DNA of 63,440 bases, filler included, from Reticulomyxa filosa (taxonomy: Eukaryota; Protista; Foraminifera): assembly GCA_000512085.1 (NCBI GenBank). It is 16 parts of 16 records of this genome, joined end to end, with 100 filler letters (N's around TTAATTAATTAA, not from the genome) between each part and the next. Parts side by side here need not be neighbours in the genome. Positions count along the whole stretch, not along the records: positions 22,699 to 26,139 come from ASPP01024028.1; positions 26,240 to 27,280 come from ASPP01013150.1; positions 27,381 to 34,817 come from ASPP01023993.1; positions 34,918 to 36,921 come from ASPP01016361.1; positions 37,022 to 38,125 come from ASPP01011110.1; positions 38,226 to 41,501 come from ASPP01009511.1; 10 more parts are not named here. One strand, given 5' to 3'. Below the pieces are notes generated by a model. The model ran no database searches. It saw nothing but the letters and a program-made list of their open reading frames with translations, and had not been told where the DNA came from. Positions 25,462 to 38,275 of the stretch are shown piece after piece. Positions within the stretch are counted from its first letter, which is position 1. Each line of letters starts with the position of its first letter. A program made the position numbers and the translations under genes.

Positions 25462-25959
25462 ATGTCTTTTTTGAATGAGGAACTTTCAAGCAAATGGAAG
25501 ACAGAGATAGCCCAACTGAAAGAAGATTCGGTGACAATAGAAGTGAAAAAATCTCTGCCGTCATCATCATCGAAAAAGACGACACCGAATAAAGCAGGAG
25601 GTTCTCCCCGAAGAGGAGAGAAAAGAACAAGTATTGGAAGAACAGCAGGCGTTCACTCGCATTCAATGGACTCATTGAATGAGAACAAAGTGAGTAACTC
25701 AGTATCGAGTAACAAATGGAAAGCAAAGTGTGGAAAGTTAATAGATAATCCACTTCGACTGTGGTTGATTATATTTTGCACGTTTTATTTGATAACCTGT
25801 TGTCTAACGCTGATTATTTTCCCGTTCCTGGACGACTCCAACAAGGACGCCATCGACAATTTGATCAGTACAAATACAGACATGGTCCACGTCGAGGCAA
25901 ATAACAAGTTGCGTATTGTTTTTTTGTTTTTGTTTTTTTGTTTTTTTTTTTTGAAATGA
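25462..25959 (+). CDS. First exon of a membrane protein (partial)
   Basis: Disordered N-terminus, then one hydrophobic segment (LWLIIFCTFYLITCCLTLIIFPF), then intron-like T-rich DNA and the contig end. Confidence 0.5.
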   Translation: MSFLNEELSSKWKTEIAQLKEDSVTIEVKKSLPSSSSKKTTPNKAGGSPRRGEKRTSIGRTAGVHSHSMDSLNENKVSNSVSSNKWKAKCGKLIDNPLRLWLIIFCTFYLITCCLTLIIFPFLDDSNKDAIDNLISTNTDMVHVEANNKLRIVFLFLFFCFFFLK

Positions 25960-26074
25960 AATTTAAAAAGGGGGCCAACCCAATGTCTCAACAACAAAAA
26001 TAATAACAAATTGGTAGTATAGAAAAGATGAATGAGCCGAAAGGCCACATAGAAAAAGTAATGACAATGATAAC

Positions 26075-26139
<65 letters not shown>

Positions 26140-26239
26140 NNNNNNNNNNNNNNNNNNNNNNNNNNNNNNNNNNNNNNNNNNNNTTAATTAATTAANNNNN
26201 NNNNNNNNNNNNNNNNNNNNNNNNNNNNNNNNNNNNNNN

Positions 26240-26417
26240 GCTGTCGGTGAACCTGGCCGGTCTGCCGGCAATGAGCGTGCCGGCCGGTTTTGCCGACAAC
26301 GGCCGCCCGGTGGGCCTGCAGATCATCGGCAACTACTTTGCCGAGGCCAAGATGCTGAACGTGGCGCACCAGTTCCAGCAAGTAACCGACTGGCACAGCA
26401 AGGCGCCGGCGCTGTAA
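26240..26417 (+). CDS. gatA: Bacterial Glu-tRNA(Gln) amidotransferase subunit A, 3' end
   Basis: [52 protein letters not shown], an amidase C-terminus directly upstream of gatB. Confidence 0.95.
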
Positions 26418-26428
26418 AACGATCAATT

Positions 26429-26542
26429 GGCCACGAAATCCACGGAAAAACACGAAAGCAGCTTGTTGCATGATGCTGTGTGACTTGAGTCAGCTTGATC
26501 TTGTCCTCGGTCTTTTCGTGTTCGTTAGTGGATTTCGTGGCT
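26429..26542. repeat. Bacterial intergenic imperfect inverted repeat (REP-like)
   Basis: ggccacgaaatccacggaaaaacacgaaag (26429-26458) pairs with cttttcgtgttcgttagtggatttcgtggct (26512-26542). Confidence 0.85.
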
Positions 26543-26565
26543 AAGAACATAAGGATTTTCCGACC

Positions 26566-27280
26566 ATGAAATGGGAAGTCGTCATCGGTCTTGAGGTGCA
26601 CGTGCAGCTCAACACCGTCTCCAAGATTTTCTCTGGCGCCAGCACTGCTTTCGGCGCTGAACCCAACACCCAGGCTTCGCTGGTAGAGCTGGCGCTGCCG
26701 GGCGTGCTGCCGGTGATGAACAAGGCGGTCGTGGACAAGGCCATTCGTCTGGGCTTGGCGCTGGACGCCACCATCAACCAGAAGAACGTGTTTGCCCGCA
26801 AAAACTACTTCTACCCCGACCTGCCCAAGGGCTACCAGATCAGCCAGATGGAGCTGCCGATCGTCGAGCACGGCAAGCTGGCCATCCTGGTGGGCGAAGA
26901 AGAAAAAGTCATTCGCGTCACCCGCGCGCACATGGAAGAAGATGCCGGCAAATCGCTGCACGAAGACTTCCACGGCCTGTCGGGTATCGACCTGAACCGC
27001 GCCGGCACCCCGCTGCTGGAAGTGGTGTCCGAGCCGGACATGCGTTCGCCGGAAGAGGCTGTGGCCTACGCCAAGGCGCTGCACACGCTGGTGACCTGGC
27101 TGGGTATCTGCGATGGCAACATGCAGGAAGGCAGCTTCCGTGTCGATGCGAACGTATCGGTGCGCCCGTTTGGTCAGGCCGAGTTCGGCACCCGCCGCGA
27201 GATCAAGAACCTGAACTCGTTCCGCTTTCTGGAGCAGGCGATCAAGTACGAAATCCAGTGGCAGATCGACACCATCGAAG
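26566..27280 (+). CDS. gatB: Bacterial Asp/Glu-tRNA amidotransferase subunit B, 5' part
   Basis: [57 protein letters not shown] and [10 protein letters not shown]; upstream AAGGA RBS; GC-rich codon usage. Confidence 0.98.
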
Positions 27281-27380
27281 NNNNNNNNNNNNNNNNNNNN
27301 NNNNNNNNNNNNNNNNNNNNNNNNTTAATTAATTAANNNNNNNNNNNNNNNNNNNNNNNNNNNNNNNNNNNNNNNNNNNN

Positions 27381-27426
27381 CATATAGTGCCATTTAGGTA
27401 TGGCAGTTTTTTTTGCAATTACTGTA
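27381..27426. mobile_element. Tc1/mariner-like TIR outer end (...ACTG-TA)
   Basis: Near-perfect reverse complement of 34587-34633; resembles 61321-61340. Confidence 0.75.
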
Positions 27427-27642
27427 TTGTTTTAAAAATTTGAATTTTTAATTAATTTTTGAAGGAGTTGGCACTAAAACAGTATCCAAAAACATTTATT
27501 TGAAAAGATATAAAATGTTTAGAAAAAGAATCAATTTTTATTTAGTGAAAACAACTATATAACTTTTTTTGTTAATTATTAAAATTAGTTTTCGTTAATA
27601 TTTTAGTTATAATAAATATCAAAAAACTTCATTCGCATATGC

Positions 27643-28976
27643 TCATCCCCAAAAATAAATTGACCCATTGCTTGAACCATAGCATACATTAACACAGCTA
27701 TCACCATTTAATTTTTGTTATTGTTTACTTTCTTCAATTCTATAAATTTAAGACATAATACTTGTTCATATACTCTTATCGCATACAACTGATTCTTATT
27801 TGATCGAATATCCCAAAAGCGAATTGTATTATCACATGATCCAGAACATATCACATTTGAATTATCACCAAATTCACTATTCTTTATTACAAATGGTGAA
27901 TATTCAACACATGTTACATCATTTGTGTGTCCATTGAATACTTGTATCTGCTTAGAAGATCGAATATCCCACAAACGAACACTGAAATCATCTGATCCAG
28001 ATAATATTATATTTTTTAATTCATTTGGCCCATATTTTACACATCTCACATAACTTTCGTGCCCATTGAATACATTGAATTGTTTGGTTGTTTCGATATC
28101 CCATATTCTAATAGTTTTATCAAATGATCCAGAACAAATTGTATATCCATTACCACCAATCACACCAATATTATTACTTTTATTATCGTTATTGTTGTTA
28201 TTACTTCGTAATGGTGAAATATCAACACACCAAATACCATATCTATGTCCATTAAAAACATGTAATGATCTAGATGTTTCAATATCCCATAAACGAATAG
28301 TTTTATCATATGATCCAGAACACAAATATCTACCACCATTGAATGGTGAAAATTTAATACCACAAACGCCATTAAATTCGTTGAATATTTGTAATTGTCT
28401 GTTATGTTTGAAATCCCAAAAACGAATGGTTCTATCCCACGATGAAGAACAAATGACATTTTGATGATGATTATGATAATGATATGGTGAAAATTTCACA
28501 CAATACACATCATCTGAATGCTCATTGAATGATTGAATTTGTTTGTTGTTCTCTATATCCCATACACGAACTGTTTTATCATTTGATCCAGAACAAATAA
28601 ATTGACAATCACCAAATGTTGAATGATCAATACTATACACCCAATTGATGTGTCCAGTGAATGTATTGAGTAATTTGGATGATGAACGAAATGTGTCAAA
28701 TATGAAGATAGTATATGCCTATATTAATTAAATATTATAATATTTTAATTAGTAGTTATAAAAAAAAGAACAAATGGACTAACATAATTGACAACAAGTT
28801 TGTCAAAATCTTTGATCCATCCAAACTTGATATGTAACATTCGCATCCAATGATGAATAATTATTTGAGTCTCTTCTTCTTTTGACTGTTTCATTCAAAG
28901 CACAACGACAAACAAAATAAATAATAAAACATAAAGATAACTTGGGCTTAGCTTTCATTGATAAGTTTAGGTTCAT
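27643..28976 (-). CDS. WD40-repeat (G-beta-like) protein of an expanded family
   Basis: Repeated GH...V..V.FSP...ICSGS.DKTIR.WDIE units, family N-terminal exon EEETQIIIHHW...GWIKDFDKLVVNY, and insert NNNN..SNNIGVIGGNGYT. One frameshift near 27708. Confidence 0.92.
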
Positions 28977-29319
28977 TCTTGTAACTTCTTTTAGTTTTTT
29001 CTTGAGACGAAAAAAATGTGAACTTTTATTTTAAACCTTTTTTTGAGAGCTCTTTATCATGTTAAAGAAAATTCAAAACAATAATTATTCAAAGTACATT
29101 ATTTCATGCAATTATTTTATGTATAATTGCAAACTGAATGCTTAACGAAAGAATAAGATATACTTTTTTATCCCCAAGCACGAAAAGCATATTACACACA
29201 GTTAATCACCTTGTATTTGTTTGCATCTATCTTTTTTTTGAACTGACAAAAAAAGGGGTCAAAAGGTTTTCACATGAAAAAATTACATTTTCTAAGTTTA
29301 ACGAAAAAAGCTTTTTGGA

Positions 29320-30010
29320 ATGGGTACCGGTTCTATCAGTCAAACTAATGCAGAGGTGAATACTACTATTGATGAAAATGAAAAGACAGCATCGCAGTTG
29401 TCAACGTCTTTCTGTTACTTTTTTTTTTGCTTGTATATGCGAACAAAAAAAAAACACAGTGAAAAACATGTGCAATTAATAATCCAAAATTGGATTCGAA
29501 TTTTGAACATTAAATTAGGATTTTGATAAAATGCTTATCAAATACGTTGAGCTATTTGTTCTTTTTTTTTCTTTTTTAATCTGAATAGATATATCAATTA
29601 ACGATCAACATATAATGTTAGATAAAATATTTTGAATTGATAAAGACATTAAAAGGACATGACGGTATAATAAACAGCGTAAGTTTTTCATCAGATGGAA
29701 GCAAAGTTGTTTCATCATCAAATGACAACACAATTCGAATATGGGATGTCGAGTCTGGAAAACAGATTAAGATATTGCATTATTTTTGCAAAATTTTCTC
29801 CAAATGGACATACTATTTTATCTTGATCAGAAAATTCAACAATTCAATTATGGAGTGCAGATTCAGGAAAAAATTTAATGAAATTGGAAAGATATTCAGG
29901 TATTATATGTAATCTGATTTTCGCCAGATGTTAAATACATTATATCAGGTTCACGTAGTGGAATGATAATTTTATGGGATGCGCTAAATAAGGCATTACA
30001 CTATAATTGA
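29320..30010 (+). pseudogene. Truncated/decayed WD40 paralog
   Basis: IIQNWIRILNIKLG and LKGHDGIINSVSFSSDGSKVVSSSNDNTIRIWDVESGK, followed by deletions and stops. Confidence 0.75.
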
Positions 30011-31899
30011 GCTTTTTTTATGAAGATATGTTATCTTTGAGTTTGTTTCTTTTTGGAAGAATATCATTAAAGCCTTTTCAATTTAAGTAAAAAAAAGACA
30101 AGTAATAAAATCATTTTGTTCAAAAAGAAAACATCAATCTCATTAAATATATATAAGTGAAGTTAAAACTAATATAAATAATTATTGACACACAATTTTA
30201 TTATCAGTGAAGCTATATTTTTTGTGATTGTTGAAACTGGAGTAACTCAAGTTTGTTCAATGACTGTCGTTGATTAAATGCGCCTCTCTAAATAGAACAA
30301 TCAAAGACGAATGATTCAAAATTTTTTCTTTTTCTGTTATTTTCAACAAAATTGTGAAAACGAAAATTTAAAATTGCACAATGAGTATATATTTTTTAAA
30401 AAATTAGACTTCTACGTTGCGTACTTTTTGAGAAAACGCAATTTTTGTTATCAAATTTTTTTTTTTGGAGAATTTACTGTTATTTTCAAAGTTTGTGCAT
30501 TGTGAATACATAATGGTTTTTGACTACTATTTGCTTTGTATAATCACAATTAGTCTTTTTCCATTTTTTGTACAGTGCAACACGTCAAGTTAGTTCAAAA
30601 GCTTAAAATTTTTTTTTGTAGTAATATTTTTTTTAGTGAAAATTATCATTTATTAAATCAATTTTTGTATTGTATAATACTTGTATTCAATCTAGCATTG
30701 CTTTATTAAGTTTGTGTATATTTCTTTGTTAATTTTTTCACATTATAATTTAAATTATTTCTAAAATTCTTCTTTTGATCGACTGTTACGTTTTTATATA
30801 TTTTTGTTTTCAATATAAACTATATATTTTTTATATTGTTCATATATGTGAAATTAATATTGAATTAAATATTTTGATGTCGTTTTGTTAAAACTATTCT
30901 TTTACTGTATTGTTGTATAGCTAGTGGCATTATATTGATGAAATATAACATGTAACTAACAATTGCTATTATATTTCGTAAATACATTATGATCTTTGAA
31001 ATATACATTTCAATCGTATTTGTATAATTTTTTGAATATAAATTCGATTGTAAACATTATGATCGTAAATTTGGATACGAGTTTGATCCAGATTAAATGA
31101 TATTACATTTGTTAATCAGTATATCTTGATAAATGATGTTTTATGACTTTCATAATTGTGATATGTAGATATAATTGTTTAATATCAAATTTAGAAAATA
31201 TATTTTTATTGATAATTTTTTACTAAGTCATTTATATTTAGTAGAAGACAATTTTCAAGTATTATTGCTTTTTTCCTATTTTTGATAATACATAAACATT
31301 TTTTTCTTAGCTAATACTACTGTATCTTCGAATTAATAATGTTTTAGTATTATTCATACATATATAATTCTTTTATATTATATTTACTTATTGATTTTTT
31401 ATCTGTTTGTGACAATATTTTAATTTAATTTTATAAGTTACTAAACTTCAGATATAAAATCTATTGGTTACTATAAATTATGATAAGACTTTGTATTGTT
31501 GTAGTCATTTTGCTTTGGAAGTTCCAATCCAATGTTAATATCATCAACCAAGCAAATTATCATTATTTTTTACTAGCAATATTGTGTTTTTCTTTTCTTT
31601 GTTTTATTTCAATGTCATTATCTCGGCTGATGGTTTTGCTCTTCTTCATGCGCATGCAATGCGCTTCAATTTTTTCCAAAAGCGATCAATGCTCATTATG
31701 TGACTCACTAACAAGGCAAACACTAATCATCCAACAACATCTCCAAATCAACTGCATTATATGAGTGTTTATGTCCGCTTGTGATGTCTATTAACACTTG
31801 TTTGATTTCATTTGCATAATGTTCAGTCTATGATATATCAAAAATCCCATTTTTAGCTGCTTTTTTTTACACGAAAAGAAGCAGCATTTAGTATACATA

Positions 31900-33400
31900 C
31901 AAAACGTCAACGATAATACAAAACAATAAAATCAACACACGATAAATTGTCCGTCGGATCTGCGTTGTTTTTGTTCTTTAGTAATCTCAATAAAATAGGT
32001 GACGCAGCAATATCTACAATGCACAAGTAATTGTGTAAAAACCCTTCATGACTAACCGCACCAGCAGTGATTCCAATTATTAAACAAATAAATGATGACA
32101 GTATAATATCTACAAATGTTTTTATACAACATTATTATATTTTTAATCATCTGTTTATGGCAACACATTCCTGAATGTTCCTTTTTTTTGCACCTTGAAT
32201 ATGTTTTTTACAGTATCCACTAAATTCATGTTAATGTTCGCGATTGACAAAATTTCATTGCAAGATGCTGTTTCGAGCAATAATGCACATACATCATTTA
32301 AAAAAATTTTTTTTGAATATGGAAAAAACCATAACAAAGAAAGTGCAAATGCTTGCCAAATATCGTATTTAATGCTGACGTCAACGTTGTAATGTAATTC
32401 ATATTTCAATAAAGTTGCCATTTCCGCCTTTGACGCCAATCGATTCCTTTTTCGCGAGGTGATGAAGAAAGCGTTTGATCATAAACGACGCTATTGACAC
32501 CAACAGCACCACAATTAGCAAATACTGCAGTTGCATAAACCATTTCACGCATAACAAGGTCCACACCAATATGGTTATTTACAATGCCATTCCGTAAAGT
32601 CGAACAGTTTGATTGCTTTTCAAATTTTTTTTCATTATATCAGTTTCTTTTTCTTTTTTTAAAAATACTAGTAAAAAAAATTAGTATGTATACTCTTCAC
32701 AACAAATTTTACAACAATCACATATATGCATATACAAAAACCTAAAAAAAAGACTGTAAAGAGACCACTCTACTGACAATTGACAACCAAATCCATAACT
32801 ACACAATGTTGACTTGATTATCTCAGCGAATCGATGATTTACGAGGCAATGACGAAACTCGTACCAATGTTGAGTAGTGGCCAATGGCGTGCCAATGTGC
32901 GGACCAATAGATATAATAAGTACAATACCCTTTGAAGTTCATCACTGCGAATGGCAGACACCATGATGTCAACATCGATAAATGTGGATAAGCACAAATG
33001 ATAATAAAGTATGACATGCCTGTTTCGCCGACGGTAAAGCAATCGCAAAAATATCACAAGAATACTGATCGATACATTTACACACACTGTCCAACGTGAC
33101 ATCATTTTCTTTTTTTAGGTTTTTTTTAAACATATCTGTGATTCGGTGTCTTTAAGAATTTTTTTCAAAAAGGGTTTTATTCAAAACTTTTTTTATTTCC
33201 AAAACACATTCTGTTGCAGTGTCAATCACTTTCATTGTCATTGGTTTTCCGATTGAAGTGTATCTCATTGATTTGATGGCTCCTTCGTTCCATGTGTGTC
33301 CATTGTCAACTTTACTTCCGAAAGCAACTATCTGTTAATACCAACAGTGCTTTGTCCAGGTTTTTTCCTTCTTCGCAAGTTTGTTATTTCTTCTTCATCT
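31900..33400 (-). pseudogene. Decayed gene fragments, possibly of a membrane protein
   Basis: Coding-like hydrophobic segments interrupted by stops; family not identified. Confidence 0.3.
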
Positions 33401-34586
33401 TTTTTTTGTTTTAAAAAAAGAAAAAAGCAAAAGTAAACACTTATACCTTTTTAAAAAAAAAGTGGTCAGAATAGAAGAAATGTTTTTTTTCACATTCTTG
33501 TATCATACTATCTGCTGCTTATACAACTTTGTCGACTGAAGACACATACACTTCTTGTTCTTGTTCGTGGGACTATGCGTAGTAGTTGGGCAATTATGTT
33601 TGAGATACAAAATATATTGCTTGTAGGAACAATTCATTCGAATCCACATAGTACACACAACAGAGTTGCTGTTGCCTTTTTTCTAAAAACTTGTCGTACC
33701 AATTATCATCTTGTTTTGCGTCATCTTTGCTTTCGACTGCTTCTTTAGGCTGGGTAAATTCCAGTATGCTATAATTAGAACGTCTTCTATTCATTTTATT
33801 ATATTCGAACTAATAATAAAAGTTAAATTAAAAGGACGTGAATACAAGTTCAATTATTTTGACCAGAAATCTCTTTGTACCGACGTAGTACCTTTTTGAC
33901 CTGTTGTATTGTCAGTGAAAAACATTAATTCATTTTTAAAAATAACTTAAAATCCCTTAATATGTAAGTAAAATGCTAAAGCAATTATCATTCTATCTTT
34001 TTATTTTTTAACATGAATGGAAACAAATAATATGAAAGTAAAAAAAACTACAAACTGGACATTCCAAGTACTTTTGACACCTCGGCTCCTTCAAAATGCT
34101 CCTCGAACATACGCAATGTGTATTCTATGATTGACAATGGATGAAATATGAACAATTTTTACCTATTGCTTTGAGTGATTATGTTGCTGTGTTTAGTGAA
34201 GATAACACATTTATGTATATTCTCGGAAATTTGGTTCTGATAATAAAATACCAGTACATATGAATCCACCATTGGCCTCGTACATATGTGATGTACAATC
34301 CAAACAGACCTGAAACAGTCTTATTGCCCTCAATCACACTTATGCTGTGTAGCATTTAGCATACAAATAACTGGAATAATTGTTAGCGGATAATGATCCA
34401 GTGCATAATGTATTTTGGATCCAATCCAGAACATGATCAGATATTTTTAATTTTTTTTTGTCTATTTGGCCAAAATATCTCTTTTTAAAAAAGATATGGT
34501 TTTTGTATCTTGGCCGGTTTGCATCTTTATCTGCTGCATTGATAACCTTTTTATCACTATCTCGTTTGCATTATATTCAATACATG

Positions 34587-34817
34587 TACAGTAAATTACA
34601 AAAAAAACTGACATACCTAAATGGCACTATATGAAAAGAATCGATTTTCTCCATGAAAAATAAATATTTAAACCTAATTTTTTTTTAAAAAATATCTACT
34701 AATCTTGTAGTTTTTAATATGAAATTGATTTTATAATAAGTTTTTTCTATGTTGATCAAAAATATGATTTTTTCAAATGATTTTTAAAAATTTCGAAGGA
34801 TTTCATATAAATTGAAC
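34587..34817 (+). mobile_element. Tc1/mariner-like element end (TA-CAGT...), truncated by the contig end
   Basis: tacagtaaattacaaaaaaaactgacatacctaaatggcactatatg, then atatctac...gtagtttttaa shared with the TIRs at 60320-60500. Confidence 0.78.
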
Positions 34818-34917
34818 NNNNNNNNNNNNNNNNNNNNNNNNNNNNNNNNNNNNNNNNNNNNTTAATTAATTAANNNNNNNNNNNNNNNNNNNNNNNNNNN
34901 NNNNNNNNNNNNNNNNN

Positions 34918-35449
34918 ATTGCCATTTTTCGAATGGCCCAAAAAAAGACAAAACTGTCCTGGCTTGCTCTCCTCGCCTATTGGTATCATATGCACGGTGT
35001 CGCCAATTATCTGCTGATCCTTGTTTCCACTCCCATTCATCGCAGTGATTATTGCTGGACTGAAGGAGAGCCAAATGCCTCCAAAGATTTCGGATTGCAC
35101 ACCATTCTTACCACTCGAGTTTATATTTACATATATGTACATATGTATATGTGTATATATTTTTTTTTGCTGTGTCACGAATTTGATTGTTGTTGGACTT
35201 GGTCTCCAGGATTATTGGATCAGCTCCAATTTGGCAATCTCATTGTTTTGCTTTGAAATGTTCAATGATCACGCATTACACCATATGTTCCCGACTTTGG
35301 ATATGTCAAGAATTCGCGAAATTCGACATGTTTATGAAAAACACTTACTTACATTTGGCTTAAAAGACCACGCCAAATCCTATAATTTATTCACACTACT
35401 TGCCGGCACACTTCGAAACTGGTATCGTGTAAGAAAGATAGACAATTAA
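34918..35449 (+). CDS. Fatty-acid desaturase / cytochrome-b5-related protein, C-terminal part
   Basis: His box FNDHALHHMFPTLD, preceded by PIHRSDYCWTEGE...DFGLH; short intron at ~35119-35190. Confidence 0.72.
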
Positions 35450-37079
35450 ATATTTATTTTGGAAACTTGTTTAATTCATTTGTTGTGCTTTTAATTGTTA
35501 GGCAATTTCATTTTATGTATTTCAATTTCTGGTAATAATGTCAATGAATCTTATTCATACGAGTCAAAAAATATAAATACCAATAAACAATGGTTCATTT
35601 CACTTGTAAAGTTATCTGCACTGATTTTTTCATGCTCAAGGACAAATTTGTACGCTACAGTATCGCACAGAATTTGTCCAATCATTGCAATAGAATGAGT
35701 GCTTAGATCCATACAACCACAACTAATCGAGCTAACGCACCATTAACGAGGGAAACAAAAAGTGAACGTGTCAAACAAGAAGGGGTAAAACTTTTTTTTT
35801 TTTTTGGTTTGTTCTCTTACTTTCTTCATTTCTTTGAAGGTCTGAACAATAACATGTTTACTTTTGTTTATTTGTATGTAATAAGCGAATATGATTTTGT
35901 CATTGCTTTTTTTTTTTGCTCGGAGTTGAAAAACAAGACAAGTTTATATTATAAAAAAATAGTGCAACAATAACAAGTGGACAGACTAATAAATGTGACA
36001 ATGCTAGTCCGCTATTCATTTATAATTGGCCAAAGTGCAAAGTTATTGAAGTCATTAAATCGGTAAAATTGTTCTCAAGAGCGTGCTGAATGTTTTTTAG
36101 GTATCAACAAATGCCGGGTTTTGTCTGTTTGTGTCAGAACAAAAGAAGAAAAATTTAAACTGAAATTGCTTATCGTGCATCCGAAAAAAATACTTGTATG
36201 ATAAAAAATATTAAATAGATTGGATTATATAAATATCTTATGAATTTTATGCTTCAATTGTGAACAACAAAAAAAGATGTAAAGAGTTGTCATCTTTTTC
36301 TTCGTTTCACAGACTGAACGAGATTGCTGATTAAAGAAATACCAATTATAAAATACATTGTTTATGATATTTTTTTGTGTGAGGATTTTTTTAATTTTGA
36401 ATAATATTTGTATTGTTTTATAGCTTGAAGTCACGATAAATCAAGGGTGTGTCGGAGTTTTAACTGTTTCGGGAACACTAGGAAAAAAGTTGGCGCAAGT
36501 TGACAATGAAATGCCGAACGTTTTTTTCCGAACAATGATATCGGATTTTTATTTGATAATGTTCAACTAGTTTTTGGCTTGCTGAATTGAAGACAATGGT
36601 TCAAATCATGAACGCAAACAGTGATAACGACGTGGCTCCGAATGATAATAATTTGTATATATTGAAAAGGATTAATTTGCATTTGATAGAACGCTTGCAA
36701 TGGTATTGATTATTGTATGATATGTCGTTTTCGAGTGTCAATTTGTGAAAATCATTAATTAGAATCAGAATTTTTTTTCACAAATTGATTTACTTGATCA
36801 TAATAACAATTTTTACTGTACGGTCAAGATCAGACAAGTGTTGCTATCATATCATGCGTTTTCAAGATAGTAAAGTCGTGGTCAATTGGTAACTTGTTGC
36901 AAATGAATGGCAAGAGTTTGANNNNNNNNNNNNNNNNNNNNNNNNNNNNNNNNNNNNNNNNNNNNTTAATTAATTAANNNNNNNNNNNNNNNNNNNNNNN
37001 NNNNNNNNNNNNNNNNNNNNNTAATAATAATAATAATAATGTTGGTAGTTATAACTTGTATTATCCTTCATTCCAATCA

Positions 37080-37725
37080 AATGTCGTCCAACCCACTCGA
37101 TCGAATCAAGTCGGTCGAGTAGATCCCATCAACCTCTCCACATCCGTAACGACAGCGTCGCCGATGCAGGGCTACTCTTCGCAGCAAATCCCTGGCGTCT
37201 ATGTCACCGACCCTGCCAACCACAAACACAAACCCAAACACAAGTACACGCGCTCGCAGTACATCCCCATGTCGCCTCAAACCAGAGACAGCGGCAAAAA
37301 TACACCCGCCAATCCCCACTCCTCGCAACAGCGCAAACGCACGCTTCATCATCAAGACTATTATATGTCGCCACAATCCACTCTCCAAACTCCACTTATC
37401 GGTATTTGCTCTTTGTTTTGTTAAATTGTTTTTTTTTAAGCGCCATTTTAAAAAAAAAAAAAAAAAGCAAATGTGTTGACATGGCATTGAAAAAGATGAC
37501 AGTGTACTGAGTGACAAGGATTCACTGCTGTACAAGTATTTGGAACTTTCCGCGAAAAATAATGAGTACAATACCAGCGATTGTTTCAGAGAAGAGGACG
37601 CTGATAACCCATATTTGGATCAAAGATTACTTCAGTTTTCTTTGTCTATGCCTTTATTTATTTATTTTTTTTTTTAATAACAATAATAATAATAATAATA
37701 ATATGCTAACAGCGACGGTGCTGGA
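37080..37725 (+). CDS. Low-complexity Ser/Pro/Gln-rich hypothetical protein fragment
   Basis: GC-richer exon-like blocks separated by T/A-rich intron-like DNA. Confidence 0.35.
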
Positions 37726-38275
37726 CTAAAAAAATCGGAGAAAACAAAGAATCGTTCTGAATTGCGATCTCCAGTTGCAAAGACAAAGAATAATCCAATT
37801 TCGACAACTGCATCTTTCAGTCCTCGAAATGTATTTACCCCCAAAGTTTGGCCAGAATAGTCCAACATTGTGTCACATTTCGTTTTTCTTTTTCAACAAG
37901 TTACCCCTCCTCATATTCTCTCTTCTCGAAATAATTAGAAATGCACACCCAAAAAGGAACAGAAACGCACGTCAACAGAATCATTGTGGGAAAACGCCAC
38001 CGGATCGGATGAAGATCAGCCATTCTCATTGGCAATCTACACAAAAAAAGTTACAAGAAAGGTTACTAAATCATAGTCTTTGCGGTCTTTTTATAATTTG
38101 TTTCTCTCTTTTTTTTTTTTTTTTTNNNNNNNNNNNNNNNNNNNNNNNNNNNNNNNNNNNNNNNNNNNNTTAATTAATTAANNNNNNNNNNNNNNNNNNN
38201 NNNNNNNNNNNNNNNNNNNNNNNNNCTAATAAAAACTTAAAAAAAAAAGAAACGTATTATGATTATCAAACAAAG

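Noticed and set aside
26184-27084. Long antisense ORFs over gatA/gatB
   Set aside because: Shadow ORFs caused by GC-rich codon bias.
26240-27280. Horizontal transfer of gatAB into the protist
   Set aside because: The whole contig is bacterial with no host junction; contamination is the simpler explanation.
30500-31470. Extremely AT-rich kilobase as an organellar insert or regulatory element
   Set aside because: No ORF, RNA gene or repeat structure that I can recognise.
31900-33100. Ammonium-transporter-like pseudogene
   Set aside because: Only vague hydrophobic Gly-rich snippets; no diagnostic motif could be assembled.
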